Assembly: GCA_030531205.1 (NCBI GenBank)
Contig: JAUNOC010000007.1
Location: forward strand, 2,073-66,072
Source: Phascolarctobacterium sp.
GTDB taxonomy: Bacteria > Bacillota > Negativicutes > Acidaminococcales > Acidaminococcaceae
Direction: 5' to 3'
DNA: 64,000 nt
A program made the translations under genes and the position numbers. Of the stretch, positions 47,019 to 58,810 are shown in pieces. The notes under the pieces were generated by a model. The model was not told where the DNA came from. It was given only the letters and a program-made list of their open reading frames with translations, and did no database searches. The first letter of the stretch is position 1, and the number at the start of each line of letters is the position of its first letter.

Positions 47019-49673
47019 ATGGCAGAAGCAAATAACATTCCTAAGACCTATGACCCGGAGGCGGTTGAGAAAAAATGGTATAAAGTGTGGGAAGACAAAG
47101 GTTATTTTCATGCTGAAGTGGAGAAAGGAAAAGAACCTTTTACTATCGTCATTCCGCCCCCAAACATTACAGGTCAGTTGCATATGGGGCATGCTTTGGA
47201 TAATACTTTGCAGGATATTTTAATCCGTTGGCACAGGATGATGGGACATAACACTCTGTGGATGCCCGGTTATGACCATGCTGGTTTGGCAACTCAAATT
47301 AAGGTTGAGGAAGTAATCAAAAAAGAGGAAAACAAGACCCGCTACGATTTAGGCCGGGAGGAGTTTTTGAAACGGGTTTGGGTGTGGAAAGAACAATATG
47401 GTGACCGCATTATTAACCAGTTGAAATGTTTGGGCGTTTCCTGTGACTGGGAGCGGAAACGTTTCACTATGGATGAGGGGTGCAGCCGTGCAGTACGGGA
47501 AGTTTTTTGCGCACTGTTTGAGAAGGGTTTGATTTATAAAGGTACACGCATAACCAACTGGTGTGTTAACTGCAACACGGCTCTCAGCGATATTGAAGTT
47601 GAACACAAGGATGATGCAGGACATTTTTGGCATATTAAGTATCCCTTTGTGGGTGAACCGGATAAATTTCTGGTAATTGCTACCACCCGCCCGGAAACCA
47701 TGTTGGGCGATACGGCGGTGGCAGTTAATCCTGATGATGAACGTTACACAAATTTGGTGGGTAAGAAATTGTTGTTGCCCTTGGTGAACAAGGAAATTCC
47801 TATCATTGCTGACAGTTATGTAGATAAAGAATTTGGAACTGGTGCAGTTAAGGTTACTCCTGCCCATGATCCCAATGACTATGAGATGGGATTGCGTCAT
47901 AAATTAGAAAATATTGTTGTTATTGGCATGAATGGCAAGATGACGGAAGCATGCGGCAAATACGCAGGCATGGACCGTTATGAATGTCGTAAGGTCCTCT
48001 GCGAAGATTTGGAAAAAGAGGGTTATTTGTTGAAAGTGGAAGACCACACCCATGCAGTTGGTCATTGCCAACGTTGTGGTCATGTGGTTGAACCCTTGGT
48101 TTCCACCCAATGGTTTGTGAAGATGGAACCCTTGGTTAAGGCGGCGGTAGAATGTGTCAATGACGGCAGATGTCAGTTTGTACCTGAACGTTTTACCAAG
48201 ACCTATACGGGTTGGATGGAAAATATTCGTGACTGGTGTATCAGCCGTCAAATTTGGTGGGGACATAGGATTCCTGTGTGGTATTGTGATGACTGCGGGG
48301 AGATGAGCGCCAGCCGTACGGATTTAACTAAGTGTCCTAAGTGTGGCAGTACTCATATCCATCAGGATGAGGATGCTTTGGACACATGGTTCAGCAGTGC
48401 CTTGTGGCCCTTCAGCACTATGGGATGGCCGGATAAAACGGATTTGTTGCAACAGTTCTATCCCACCAGTGTGCTGGTAACTGGCTATGATATTATTTTC
48501 TTCTGGGTTGCCAGAATGTTGATTATGGGTATGGAATTTATGAAGGATATACCCTTTGAAAAGGTATTCATTCACGGCTTGGTAAGGGACAGTCAGGGCA
48601 GGAAAATGTCCAAGTCCCTGGGCAACGGCATTGACCCCTTGGAAGTAGTGGAAAAATATGGTGCAGATACCTTACGGTTTATGTTGATTACGGGCAATAC
48701 TCCGGGTAATGATATGCGCTTCTACTGGGAACGGGTGGAAAGCACACGGAACTTTGCCAACAAAATTTGGAACGCTTCCCGGTTTGCTCTAATGAACATG
48801 GAAGGTTACAGTGAGAAAGCAAAACTGGCACCTCTTAATCTTTCTGATAAATGGATTTTATCCCGTCTGCAACATACTGCGGCAGATGTTACCAAGATGC
48901 TGGAAAAGTTTGAATTAGGCGAAGCGGGCAGGATGATTTATGACTTCATTTGGGGAGAAGTTTGCGACTGGTATATTGAACTGGCAAAGCCACGTTTATA
49001 TGGGCATGAGGGTGATAAGGCACGGGCAACTGCTCAACATGTACTGGCAGAGGTATTGACAGGCGCTATGAAGTTGTTGCACCCCTTTATGCCGTTTATT
49101 ACCGAGGAAATATTCCAATGCCTGCCTCATGAAGGCGAAACTATTATGTTGGCAAAATGGCCTGCGGCGGACAAAAATAAAATTGATGAAGATGCAGAAA
49201 AACTTATGGGTGCCATTATGGAAACCATTGGTGCTATCCGTAATATGCGGGCAGAAGTGAACGCAGTTCCCTCCAAAAAAGTTCCTGCTATTTTGCTGGC
49301 AGATGAAGCATTGCGTAAAGGTATTGAGGAGAATGCGGCATATATTCATTTGCTGGGGGGTGTGGATGATTTAAAATTGTTGCCTTTAACCACAGAAAAG
49401 CCGGCTAATGCCATGACAATAGTAGTTAATGGGGTTGAAGTATATTTGCCATTGGCAGGACTGATTGACGTAGAAAAGGAAACCGCCCGTCTGACCAAAG
49501 AAGTTGCTGATTTAGATAAGGAATTGGCGAGGGTAAACGGGAAATTGAATAACAAGGGATTTTTGGCAAAAGCACCCCAGGACGTGGTGGACAAGGAAAA
49601 GGCCAAAGCTGCAGAGTTTGAAACCAAGAAAAAAGCCATCGTGGAACGGCTGGAGTATTTGAAAGGACTATAA
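47019..49673 (+). CDS. valS: Valyl-tRNA synthetase
   Basis: 884 aa. HMGH (HIGH-class) and KMSKS motifs, C-terminal coiled-coil. Confidence 0.96.
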   Translation: MAEANNIPKTYDPEAVEKKWYKVWEDKGYFHAEVEKGKEPFTIVIPPPNITGQLHMGHALDNTLQDILIRWHRMMGHNTLWMPGYDHAGLATQIKVEEVIKKEENKTRYDLGREEFLKRVWVWKEQYGDRIINQLKCLGVSCDWERKRFTMDEGCSRAVREVFCALFEKGLIYKGTRITNWCVNCNTALSDIEVEHKDDAGHFWHIKYPFVGEPDKFLVIATTRPETMLGDTAVAVNPDDERYTNLVGKKLLLPLVNKEIPIIADSYVDKEFGTGAVKVTPAHDPNDYEMGLRHKLENIVVIGMNGKMTEACGKYAGMDRYECRKVLCEDLEKEGYLLKVEDHTHAVGHCQRCGHVVEPLVSTQWFVKMEPLVKAAVECVNDGRCQFVPERFTKTYTGWMENIRDWCISRQIWWGHRIPVWYCDDCGEMSASRTDLTKCPKCGSTHIHQDEDALDTWFSSALWPFSTMGWPDKTDLLQQFYPTSVLVTGYDIIFFWVARMLIMGMEFMKDIPFEKVFIHGLVRDSQGRKMSKSLGNGIDPLEVVEKYGADTLRFMLITGNTPGNDMRFYWERVESTRNFANKIWNASRFALMNMEGYSEKAKLAPLNLSDKWILSRLQHTAADVTKMLEKFELGEAGRMIYDFIWGEVCDWYIELAKPRLYGHEGDKARATAQHVLAEVLTGAMKLLHPFMPFITEEIFQCLPHEGETIMLAKWPAADKNKIDEDAEKLMGAIMETIGAIRNMRAEVNAVPSKKVPAILLADEALRKGIEENAAYIHLLGGVDDLKLLPLTTEKPANAMTIVVNGVEVYLPLAGLIDVEKETARLTKEVADLDKELARVNGKLNNKGFLAKAPQDVVDKEKAKAAEFETKKKAIVERLEYLKGL

Positions 49674-49675
49674 AA

Positions 49676-49708
49676 TAAAAATCCCGTCGGATAATGACGG
49701 GATTTTTG
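49676..49708 (+). terminator. Rho-independent terminator after valS
   Basis: AATCCCGTC ggataat GACGGGATT followed by TTTT. Confidence 0.85.
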
Positions 49709-49779
49709 CTTTTGTCATATTTTTGTCACAAGTTTTGTTATAATTAGGGTTAAGAACGAAAGTAAGGCAGGTGAGAGAT

Positions 49780-50850
49780 ATGTTGAATTTCATCAAGAGA
49801 AATAAGTATATTGCTATCGGTTTAGTTGTTCTTATGGCGGGATGCTGGGGCGGTTACAATTATTATACCAATTCCAAAACAGAAACCGCTTCCATAAAAA
49901 CCGGTGTGGTGACCAAAGGTTCTTTGGTTAAGTCCATTAGTGCTACTGGCTCTTTGAGCGCAGTAAATAATGTGGATATTTCTTCTAAAATTACGGGCAG
50001 GATTGTGGCTGTAATGGTAGAAGAAAACCAGCATGTGAATGCGGGTGATGTACTTGTTCGTCTGGATGACACGGCTCTCCGTGCTACTATGAACCAAATG
50101 AATGCCAAACTGGTTAAGGCAGAAAATGATTTTAACCGTTATAAAACCCTGCTGACTAAAGGGGCCATCAGTGCTTCCGATTATGATGAATATGAATCTA
50201 ATTATTTGGTTGCGAAAACGAATTATGAAAAGGCAGCAAGTGATGTAAGCGATACGGTTATTATCAGTCCTATTGACGGTTATGTTATTGGCAAGCCCAC
50301 CCCTGTGGGTCAGACGATTTCCAGCGGTATCAGTACACCTCAAGTTATTATGAGCGTTGCTACTTTGGATAATATGCAGATTGAAACTTTGGTTGACGAA
50401 AGTGATATTGGTCAGGTTAAGGTAGGGCAAAGGGTGCGTTTCACCGTTGATGCATATAGCAATGAAACTTTTACAGGAACGGTGCGTTTGGTGAGCCGCC
50501 AGGCCAAGACAGAAAACAATGTAATTTACTACACAGTATATGTTAATGTGGATGATTCCAAGGGCAAGTTGTTGCCAACCATGACTGCCAGGGCGGAAAT
50601 TATTGTGGATGAATTGGACAATACTTTGGTTGTGCCGTTGAATTGTATCAATGTAGAAGGCAAAAGCCGTTTCGTGAATGTGTATAATACTAAGACAAAA
50701 GAAACTCGTAAGGTGTCTGTACAAACCCGTATGGCAAGTGACGATGCTTTGGCGGTATATAGTGATGAACTTAAAGAGGGAGATGTGCTGCTGGCACGGA
50801 AGGCAGTAAAGAAGCAGGCAGGCGTGCGTGTTGGAGGGCCAAGGTTATAA
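49780..50850 (+). CDS. Efflux periplasmic adaptor (HlyD/MacA family)
   Basis: N-terminal TM, then lipoyl/barrel-type motifs (...VDISSKITGRIV..., ...ISPIDGYV...). I prefer the ATG at 49780 to the GTG at 49771. Confidence 0.85.
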   Translation: MLNFIKRNKYIAIGLVVLMAGCWGGYNYYTNSKTETASIKTGVVTKGSLVKSISATGSLSAVNNVDISSKITGRIVAVMVEENQHVNAGDVLVRLDDTALRATMNQMNAKLVKAENDFNRYKTLLTKGAISASDYDEYESNYLVAKTNYEKAASDVSDTVIISPIDGYVIGKPTPVGQTISSGISTPQVIMSVATLDNMQIETLVDESDIGQVKVGQRVRFTVDAYSNETFTGTVRLVSRQAKTENNVIYYTVYVNVDDSKGKLLPTMTARAEIIVDELDNTLVVPLNCINVEGKSRFVNVYNTKTKETRKVSVQTRMASDDALAVYSDELKEGDVLLARKAVKKQAGVRVGGPRL

Positions 50851-51530
50851 TGTCAGTAATTGAGTTGAAAGATATAATGAAAACATATCAGATGGGGGAC
50901 AGCATTGTACATGCTCTTTTCCATGTGAATGTAAAAATTGATTATGGGGAGTTCACTTCCATTATGGGCCCTTCGGGCAGTGGTAAATCTACTATGATGA
51001 ACATTTTGGGATGTTTGGACAGACCTACAAGCGGTGAGTACTATTTGGACGGCAAGGAAATTGCGGGTTATAACGATGATGAACTGGCTCATACCCGTAA
51101 TGCCAAAATCGGATTTGTATTTCAAAATTTCAATCTGTTGGCAAAACTGACTGCTCAGGCCAATGTGGCTTTACCTTTGGTTTATGCCGGGGTTGGAGAA
51201 GAAGAACGGATGGAACGGGCAAAGGTTGCTTTGACAGCAGTAGGATTGGGTGCCCGTTTAGACCATAAACCATCGGAGATGAGCGGAGGCCAGCGTCAAA
51301 GGGTGGCTATCGCCAGGGCTTTGATAAATAATCCTGCTATTATTATGGCGGATGAGCCCACCGGTAATTTGGACACTAAATCCAGTTATGAAATTATGGA
51401 TATTTTTGCCCGGTTGCATAGTGAGGGGAAGACCATTGTGATGGTTACTCATGAGCCGGATATTGCAGAAAAAACCAAACGTATTCTTGTAATGCGGGAC
51501 GGACAACTTGTAAGCGACGAGAGAAGGTGA
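50850..51530 (+). CDS. MacB-type ABC transporter ATP-binding protein
   Basis: GPSGSGKST Walker A, MSGGQRQR signature, IIMADEPTGNLD Walker B. Confidence 0.92.
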   Translation: MSVIELKDIMKTYQMGDSIVHALFHVNVKIDYGEFTSIMGPSGSGKSTMMNILGCLDRPTSGEYYLDGKEIAGYNDDELAHTRNAKIGFVFQNFNLLAKLTAQANVALPLVYAGVGEEERMERAKVALTAVGLGARLDHKPSEMSGGQRQRVAIARALINNPAIIMADEPTGNLDTKSSYEIMDIFARLHSEGKTIVMVTHEPDIAEKTKRILVMRDGQLVSDERR

Positions 51531-52750
51531 GCAATTTGTTTAATGAATCAATCAAGATGGCTTTAGACGGAATGTTGGGAAACAAAATGCGCACACTTTT
51601 GACCTTGTTGGGTATTATCATTGGTGTTGGAGCCGTAATTGCCATGGTGTCTTTGGGGTTTGGTGTTAAGGAGAGTATTAAAGAAAATATTTCCAAACTT
51701 GGCAGTAATACATTGATGGTAATGAGCGGGGGGCGTACTGCCACTGGTGCCAGAATTGCCAGTGGGGAGGGCGCAAAGTTGACAGTTGATGATATGGAAG
51801 CCATTTCTAAACAGGTTGATGATGTTGTCGGCATCAGTGCTACGGTGAGCCGCAGTTATCAAATGGTTTATGGTAACCAAAACTGGACGAGTCGTGTGGA
51901 AGGCACTACTCCCAGTCATTTCAGCATTCAAAATTATGAATTGTCTGATGGAAGAATTTTTGGTCAAAGGGATTTGAACAGTCGTAATCGTGTTGCGGTG
52001 CTTGGTAAAACAGTGACCACTAACCTTTTCGAAAGTGAAGATCCGATAGGTCAGACCATCCGCATTAACAAGGCACCATTTCAAGTTATCGGGGTGTTGA
52101 AGGAAAAAGGTCAGGCCGGCGGGGGGACGAATCAGGATGATGTGGTTTTTGTGCCTTTGACTACCGCCATGAACCGAATGATGGGTATCACTTATGTGCA
52201 AAGAATTACTATTCAGACCAAGAATGAAAATGTAATTGACGATGTGCAGGCAGAGGTGGAAGAGGTTTTGCGGATGCGGCATAAGATAAAGGATGGTGCT
52301 TATGATGATTTCACCATCAACAATATGGCGGCAGTAATGGAAACCATGATGTCCACAGCTAATACAATTACGATGCTTTTGGGATGTATTGCGGCAATTT
52401 CCTTGTTAGTTGGTGGTATTGGAATTATGAATATTATGTTGGTTTCAGTAACAGAACGGACCAGGGAAATTGGTATTCGTAAGGCATTGGGGGCGACATA
52501 CGATAATATTCTTTTACAATTTTTAATTGAAGCCATGGTTATTGGTATAGTGGGAGGCTTCTTTGGTGTGGTATTGGGTGTAGGCGCAAGTTATGCTATC
52601 AGTTTTTTCCTGGATTGGAAAACAGTTATCAGTGTTGGTGCTATAGTAATTGCGGTGGCTTTCAGCGTGGGAATTGGTTTGTTCTTTGGTATTTATCCTG
52701 CAAGGAAAGCGGCACTTTTAGACCCAATTGATGCGTTGCGATATGAATAG
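51527..52750 (+). CDS. ABC transporter permease (FtsX/MacB family)
   Basis: 407 aa. One TM, a large extracytoplasmic domain, then three TMs with ...ERTREIGIRKALGA... Confidence 0.9.
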   Translation: MSNLFNESIKMALDGMLGNKMRTLLTLLGIIIGVGAVIAMVSLGFGVKESIKENISKLGSNTLMVMSGGRTATGARIASGEGAKLTVDDMEAISKQVDDVVGISATVSRSYQMVYGNQNWTSRVEGTTPSHFSIQNYELSDGRIFGQRDLNSRNRVAVLGKTVTTNLFESEDPIGQTIRINKAPFQVIGVLKEKGQAGGGTNQDDVVFVPLTTAMNRMMGITYVQRITIQTKNENVIDDVQAEVEEVLRMRHKIKDGAYDDFTINNMAAVMETMMSTANTITMLLGCIAAISLLVGGIGIMNIMLVSVTERTREIGIRKALGATYDNILLQFLIEAMVIGIVGGFFGVVLGVGASYAISFFLDWKTVISVGAIVIAVAFSVGIGLFFGIYPARKAALLDPIDALRYE

Positions 52751-52925
52751 TAAGAATTCTTTTTCGGAATATTTGGGGGCATTGTGGCGATATTGTCAGA
52801 CTCCAAAAGCAAAATTTGACTTAAAGGATCGGGCGAAAGCACTGGTCCTTTTCGTCTTTTTAATATTTGTGGTTCAATGGCTTGTTAAGTTGATTATGAA
52901 ATGGTATAATATAAAATTATATTGA
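52743..52925 (+). CDS. Small hypothetical membrane protein (60 aa)
   Basis: Its ATG overlaps the permease stop (ATGAATAG). C-terminal hydrophobic segment LVLFVFLIFVVQWLV. No homology recognised. Confidence 0.35.
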   Translation: MNSKNSFSEYLGALWRYCQTPKAKFDLKDRAKALVLFVFLIFVVQWLVKLIMKWYNIKLY

Positions 52926-52941
52926 TCGGGGTATTTATGAA

Positions 52942-53541
52942 ATGAAAGCATTGGGCATTTTGGGTGGCAGTTTTGACCCTATTCATAGGGGACATATAAT
53001 GCTTGCCCAAAATGTTTATGAAAAATTAGATTTGGAGCGGGTTATTTTTGTTCCTGCTTATGTGGCACCTCATAAAATCGGACAAAGTTACGCTTCGCCT
53101 GAGGACCGTTACTGTATGACGGAATTGGCGGTTGACGGAATTTCACATTTTAGTGTAAGTGATGTGGAATTCAAAAAGAAAGGCATAAGCTATACTTTCG
53201 AAACCTTGCGGATAATGAAACAGCAATTCCCAAATCAGGATTTGTATTTCATTATAGGTGCAGACGGTGTGCCGCAACTTGACAGTTGGCACCATATTGA
53301 TGAGATTTTTGAATTGGCAAAGTTTGCAGTGGTATATCGTCCTGGATATGAGGAGGAGATTGCTCTCGCCAAACAGCGTTTTGGAGAAAATTCAAAAAAA
53401 ATAATCATGATTGAAACTCCTGAATACCCTGTTTCCAGTACTTTGGTACGGGAAAATATTGTAAAAAAATTACCCTTGACAGGATTAGTTGCTCCGGCGG
53501 TGGAGCAGTATATCCAGGAGTGGCGGCTTTATCAAAAATGA
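52942..53541 (+). CDS. nadD: Nicotinate-nucleotide adenylyltransferase
   Basis: GILGGSFDPIHRGH motif. Confidence 0.93.
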   Translation: MKALGILGGSFDPIHRGHIMLAQNVYEKLDLERVIFVPAYVAPHKIGQSYASPEDRYCMTELAVDGISHFSVSDVEFKKKGISYTFETLRIMKQQFPNQDLYFIIGADGVPQLDSWHHIDEIFELAKFAVVYRPGYEEEIALAKQRFGENSKKIIMIETPEYPVSSTLVRENIVKKLPLTGLVAPAVEQYIQEWRLYQK

Positions 53542-54107
53542 ATTTTGAAGAAATGCGTATAAAACTGCAAAGTGAATTAAAACCATCCCGTTATGCCCAT
53601 TCCTTCAGGGTTTATGAAACGGCTATGGAAATGGCAAAATGGTATGGAATGCCGACTGAAAAATTGGCAGTGGCGGCACTTTTGCATGATTGTGGCAGAA
53701 AGATTGAAGTTCAAAACAGTGTACATCAGGCATTGGTTTGGAATCTTGGTGTTGATGATGTGGAACGGCAACAACCGATTTTACTCCATCAAAAATTAGG
53801 TGCATATTTGGCAAAACAAGAATATGGCATAGATGATGAAGAAATTTTAAATGCTATTGCGACACATACTACCGGTGATAAGGGGATGAGTATGATGGCG
53901 CAGGTGGTGTATTTGGCGGATATGATAGAACCGGGCAGGGTATATGACGGTATGGAAGAATTGCGGGAAGTTGCTAAAAAAGATTTGCAATTGGGGATGA
54001 TTAATTGTTATGCTCATACTATGAATTATCTTTTACGGCAGGGACTGTTGATTCATCCAAAGTGCGTAGAGGGATATAATGAGCTTTTATTTCAAGGAGA
54101 TAAGTAG
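53538..54107 (+). CDS. yqeK: HD-domain bis(5'-nucleosyl)-tetraphosphatase YqeK
   Basis: ...SRYAHSFRV...LLHDCGR... The ATG at 53538 overlaps the nadD stop. Conserved nadD-yqeK pairing. Confidence 0.88.
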   Translation: MNFEEMRIKLQSELKPSRYAHSFRVYETAMEMAKWYGMPTEKLAVAALLHDCGRKIEVQNSVHQALVWNLGVDDVERQQPILLHQKLGAYLAKQEYGIDDEEILNAIATHTTGDKGMSMMAQVVYLADMIEPGRVYDGMEELREVAKKDLQLGMINCYAHTMNYLLRQGLLIHPKCVEGYNELLFQGDK

Positions 54108-54115
54108 TTAGGGAA

Positions 54116-55849
54116 ATGGACGAAAAAGATTTACTTGCGATTAAACAGGAGATGGAAAGAAAACGCCTGGAAATCGAAAGGGAAATTGAAGAAAAGCGGA
54201 AAGCGGTTGAATTGGAAATTGCCAGCAAACACAAGGCATTGGACGACCGACTGAATAGCCAGCGAAATGAAATGCAACGCCGTCATGACGAGCAAGTTAG
54301 AAATATGAACCGGCAGATTAATGCCAGGGAACTTGCCGCCCGTATTGAGGCGGAGTTTAACGCAGGCAAAGAATTGGTGGAGTCCGGTATTGTTGCGGGT
54401 GAGCAATATGCGCCTGTGGCACAGACTAAGAATGTGACTGCAGATGCCGATATTTTAATGCAAAAAATGCTGGCGGAAACATTGGCTGAAGAAGAAGCAA
54501 AGCGCAAAGTAGAGGAAGAAACGAAGCGTCAAGCCGAAGAAGAAGCAAAACGCAAAGCAGTGGAAGAGGAAAAGCGTCAAGCTGAAGAAAAAGCAAAACG
54601 TCGTTTAGAAGAGGAAGAATTATTACGCAAAGCAAAAGAAGAAGCCCAAAAGAAAGAGGAAAACGCAAAACATAAAGCAGAGGTAGAGGAAGTAAACCGC
54701 AAGGCGAAAGAAGAATTAAAAAGGATAGCAGAGAAAGAACTGGAAAGAAAGCAAACTGCAGAAAAAGCTAAAATAGAACAGAAAAAACAAGAAGTCGAGA
54801 AAGAAACAATAATAGCTGCTACGGCATTGTCAGGAGATGATGGTGGGCAAAAAACGGAAATGAAGAAGAAAAGTAAAATTCACTGGGGTAGGTTGATTAT
54901 TTTTATTGTTGCAGTAATCCTGGTGGCACTGATTTTCTTTTTTGGTACGATTTTTGTTGTTCGTCAGTTCGTACAAAATGAAGATGTGGGCGTGGTTTAT
55001 CCCCGCAGTAAAGTTGTTACTTTAACGGATGAGCAAGGCAATATTTTAGATAGCGGAGAAAAGATTGAATCAGTAGCGGACGAACGCATCAATGTTTTGG
55101 TTATGGGGAGTGATTATGGAGATAGCGAGGCGGAGAAGGACGACCCCAAGCGCACGGATGCCATGATGCTTTTGAGCTTTGATCCACAAAACAAAAAAGT
55201 TTCTGTGCTTAGTATCCCACGGGATACAATGGTAATTTTGCCAGGACATAAATTGCCGGAAAAGATTAATGCGGCATACGCTTTTGGCGGGGTGATGATG
55301 GCAAAGCAGACCGTTGCTAACCTTTTGGGAGTACCCATTACCCATTATGCTTTGGCGGACTGGCAGGCATTTACCAAAGTTGTGGATTTAATGGGCGGTG
55401 TGGATTTGTTAGTGGAACATGATATGAAATACGATGACCCCTATGCGGATTTACATATTGATTTGAAGAAGGGTTTCCAGCATTTGAACGGCAAACAGGC
55501 AGGTCAGTATGTGCGTTACCGCAGTGATGAATTGGGGGATATTGGCAGAGCCCAACGCCAACAAAAATTCTTGCGGGCGGCGATGGACCAAGTGTTTAGT
55601 GTTGCCAATATAACGAAGATTCCTTCCCTTATCAGCATGGTCTGCGATAATGTGGAAACGGATATGAATGTCATGACAATGCTGAAAGCATTGAACAGCA
55701 TTAAATTGATTGATAAAGAGCGTGTAAAAACAGGCACTTTGGGTGGGGACTTTGTGGAAGAGAATGATATAAGTTATTGTAAAACAGACGAAGCCGCCAT
55801 CAGAAAAGCGTTGAAGGATTTGGAAATACCCAGTAGTAAATTGAAATAA
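54116..55849 (+). CDS. LytR-CpsA-Psr (LCP) family protein with a ~230-aa charged N-terminal coiled-coil region
   Basis: E/K/R-rich repeats (EEEAKRK...), then the TM segment LIIFIVAVILVALIFFFGTIFVV, then the LCP core ...RTDAMMLLSFDP....LSIPRDT... Confidence 0.88.
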   Translation: MDEKDLLAIKQEMERKRLEIEREIEEKRKAVELEIASKHKALDDRLNSQRNEMQRRHDEQVRNMNRQINARELAARIEAEFNAGKELVESGIVAGEQYAPVAQTKNVTADADILMQKMLAETLAEEEAKRKVEEETKRQAEEEAKRKAVEEEKRQAEEKAKRRLEEEELLRKAKEEAQKKEENAKHKAEVEEVNRKAKEELKRIAEKELERKQTAEKAKIEQKKQEVEKETIIAATALSGDDGGQKTEMKKKSKIHWGRLIIFIVAVILVALIFFFGTIFVVRQFVQNEDVGVVYPRSKVVTLTDEQGNILDSGEKIESVADERINVLVMGSDYGDSEAEKDDPKRTDAMMLLSFDPQNKKVSVLSIPRDTMVILPGHKLPEKINAAYAFGGVMMAKQTVANLLGVPITHYALADWQAFTKVVDLMGGVDLLVEHDMKYDDPYADLHIDLKKGFQHLNGKQAGQYVRYRSDELGDIGRAQRQQKFLRAAMDQVFSVANITKIPSLISMVCDNVETDMNVMTMLKALNSIKLIDKERVKTGTLGGDFVEENDISYCKTDEAAIRKALKDLEIPSSKLK

Positions 55850-55851
55850 AA

Positions 55852-56736
55852 ATGCAAGCAACAAATGGTGTGAAGAAACTTAGACCCGGTGATGTGGTGA
55901 CTTTGAAAGTTGCACGATTGGCGGAAATGGGAGCATTTCTGGATGCGGGTACGGGCAATACTCAAGACGATATTCTTCTTCACAAACAACAACAGAACAG
56001 AGAACTGAAAGTTGGGGATGAGGTAACTGTATGGCTTTATCTCAATAATCGTTCCATGCTTACGGCAAGCACTAAACTCCCTAAAATGAAGGAAGGTCAA
56101 CTTGGTTATGTGAAGGTTTTGAGCATAACCAAAGACGGAGGTTTTGTGGATATTGGTGCGGAACGTGGTGTTTTTATGCCTTACAGCCAAATGCGGGGGC
56201 GTGTGGAGCCGGAGCAAATGGTGTGGGTAAAACTCTATCGGGATAAGAGCGGACGGCAGGCAGTTACCATGCGGGTGGAAGATGATATTCTTGCAGCGTC
56301 CCGTCCTGCTGAAGGTATTAAAGTTGGGGATATGGTGGAAGGAACTGTTTATAACATTCTTCCAGAAGGATTTTTTATATTCACCCGCAAACGAAATATT
56401 GGCTTTTTGCATCGGGATGAGGCATTGGGTCAGAGATTGGATTTTGGACAAATGCTTAAGGCAAGGGTAATTTTTCTGCGTGAAGACGGGCGGATGAATT
56501 TGTCTTTGCGTTTGCAGAAAGAGGATGCCTTGGGAGTTGATGCGGCAGCAATTTTGAATATTTTACAAGGACGGGGTGGCAAGATGCCTTATGGTGATGA
56601 TACCCAGCCCAATATTATTAAAGCAAAATTCAACATTAGTAAAGCCGCTTTCAAAAGGGCTTTAGGGCATTTGATGAAACAGGGCAAGGTTAAGCAGGAG
56701 AATGGTTGGACTATACTTTTGGACAGCAAAAGTTAA
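55852..56736 (+). CDS. cvfB: S1-like RNA-binding protein CvfB/YitL family
   Basis: 294 aa. Repeated S1-like segments and a C-terminal winged-helix-like ...FKRALGHLMKQGKV... Confidence 0.8.
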   Translation: MQATNGVKKLRPGDVVTLKVARLAEMGAFLDAGTGNTQDDILLHKQQQNRELKVGDEVTVWLYLNNRSMLTASTKLPKMKEGQLGYVKVLSITKDGGFVDIGAERGVFMPYSQMRGRVEPEQMVWVKLYRDKSGRQAVTMRVEDDILAASRPAEGIKVGDMVEGTVYNILPEGFFIFTRKRNIGFLHRDEALGQRLDFGQMLKARVIFLREDGRMNLSLRLQKEDALGVDAAAILNILQGRGGKMPYGDDTQPNIIKAKFNISKAAFKRALGHLMKQGKVKQENGWTILLDSKS

Positions 56737-56775
56737 AAGTCAAATTTTTACAAAAAAGTTTGACTTTTAACTTTT
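56728..56775. terminator. 17-bp perfect AT-rich inverted repeat spanning the cvfB stop and the groES -35 box
   Basis: AAAAGTTAAAAGTCAAA, 14-nt loop, TTTGACTTTTAACTTTT. Confidence 0.6.
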
Positions 56776-56787
56776 TGATGATATAAT
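56760..56787 (+). promoter_or_regulatory. groESL promoter
   Basis: TTGACT, 16-nt spacer containing TG, TATAAT (TGATATAAT). Confidence 0.6.
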
Positions 56788-56857
56788 AATTCCTTGGGCA
56801 GGGTTGCCTAAATAGTGTTTTTTATAATTTTTATAGAAAAGCGAAGGAGGAGAAAAA

Positions 56858-57169
56858 ATGTTAAAACCGCTTTCTGACAATGTTTTGGTGGAGGTTGTGG
56901 AGCAAGTTGCGAAAACAGCCAGTGGTATCTATTTGCCGGATACTGCGTCCAAAGAAAAACCCCAAACAGGCAAGGTTGTTGCTGTGGGAGATGGACGTTT
57001 GATGGACAATGGTACAGTTGTCAAGGTTGATGTTGCTGTAGGTGACGAGGTTTTGTTTGCCAAGTATGCCGGGACCGAAGTCAAGATTGAAGGCAAGGAT
57101 TATTTGTTAATTCCCGGCCGTGAGATTTTGGCAAAGTTTGAGAAAACAGCAAAAACAAAAAAGAAATAA
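56858..57169 (+). CDS. groES: Co-chaperonin GroES
   Basis: [12 protein letters not shown]... is canonical GroES. Confidence 0.96.
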   Translation: MLKPLSDNVLVEVVEQVAKTASGIYLPDTASKEKPQTGKVVAVGDGRLMDNGTVVKVDVAVGDEVLFAKYAGTEVKIEGKDYLLIPGREILAKFEKTAKTKKK

Positions 57170-57176
57170 GAGGTGA

Positions 57177-58802
<1,626 letters not shown>

Positions 58803-58810
58803 TTAGAACT

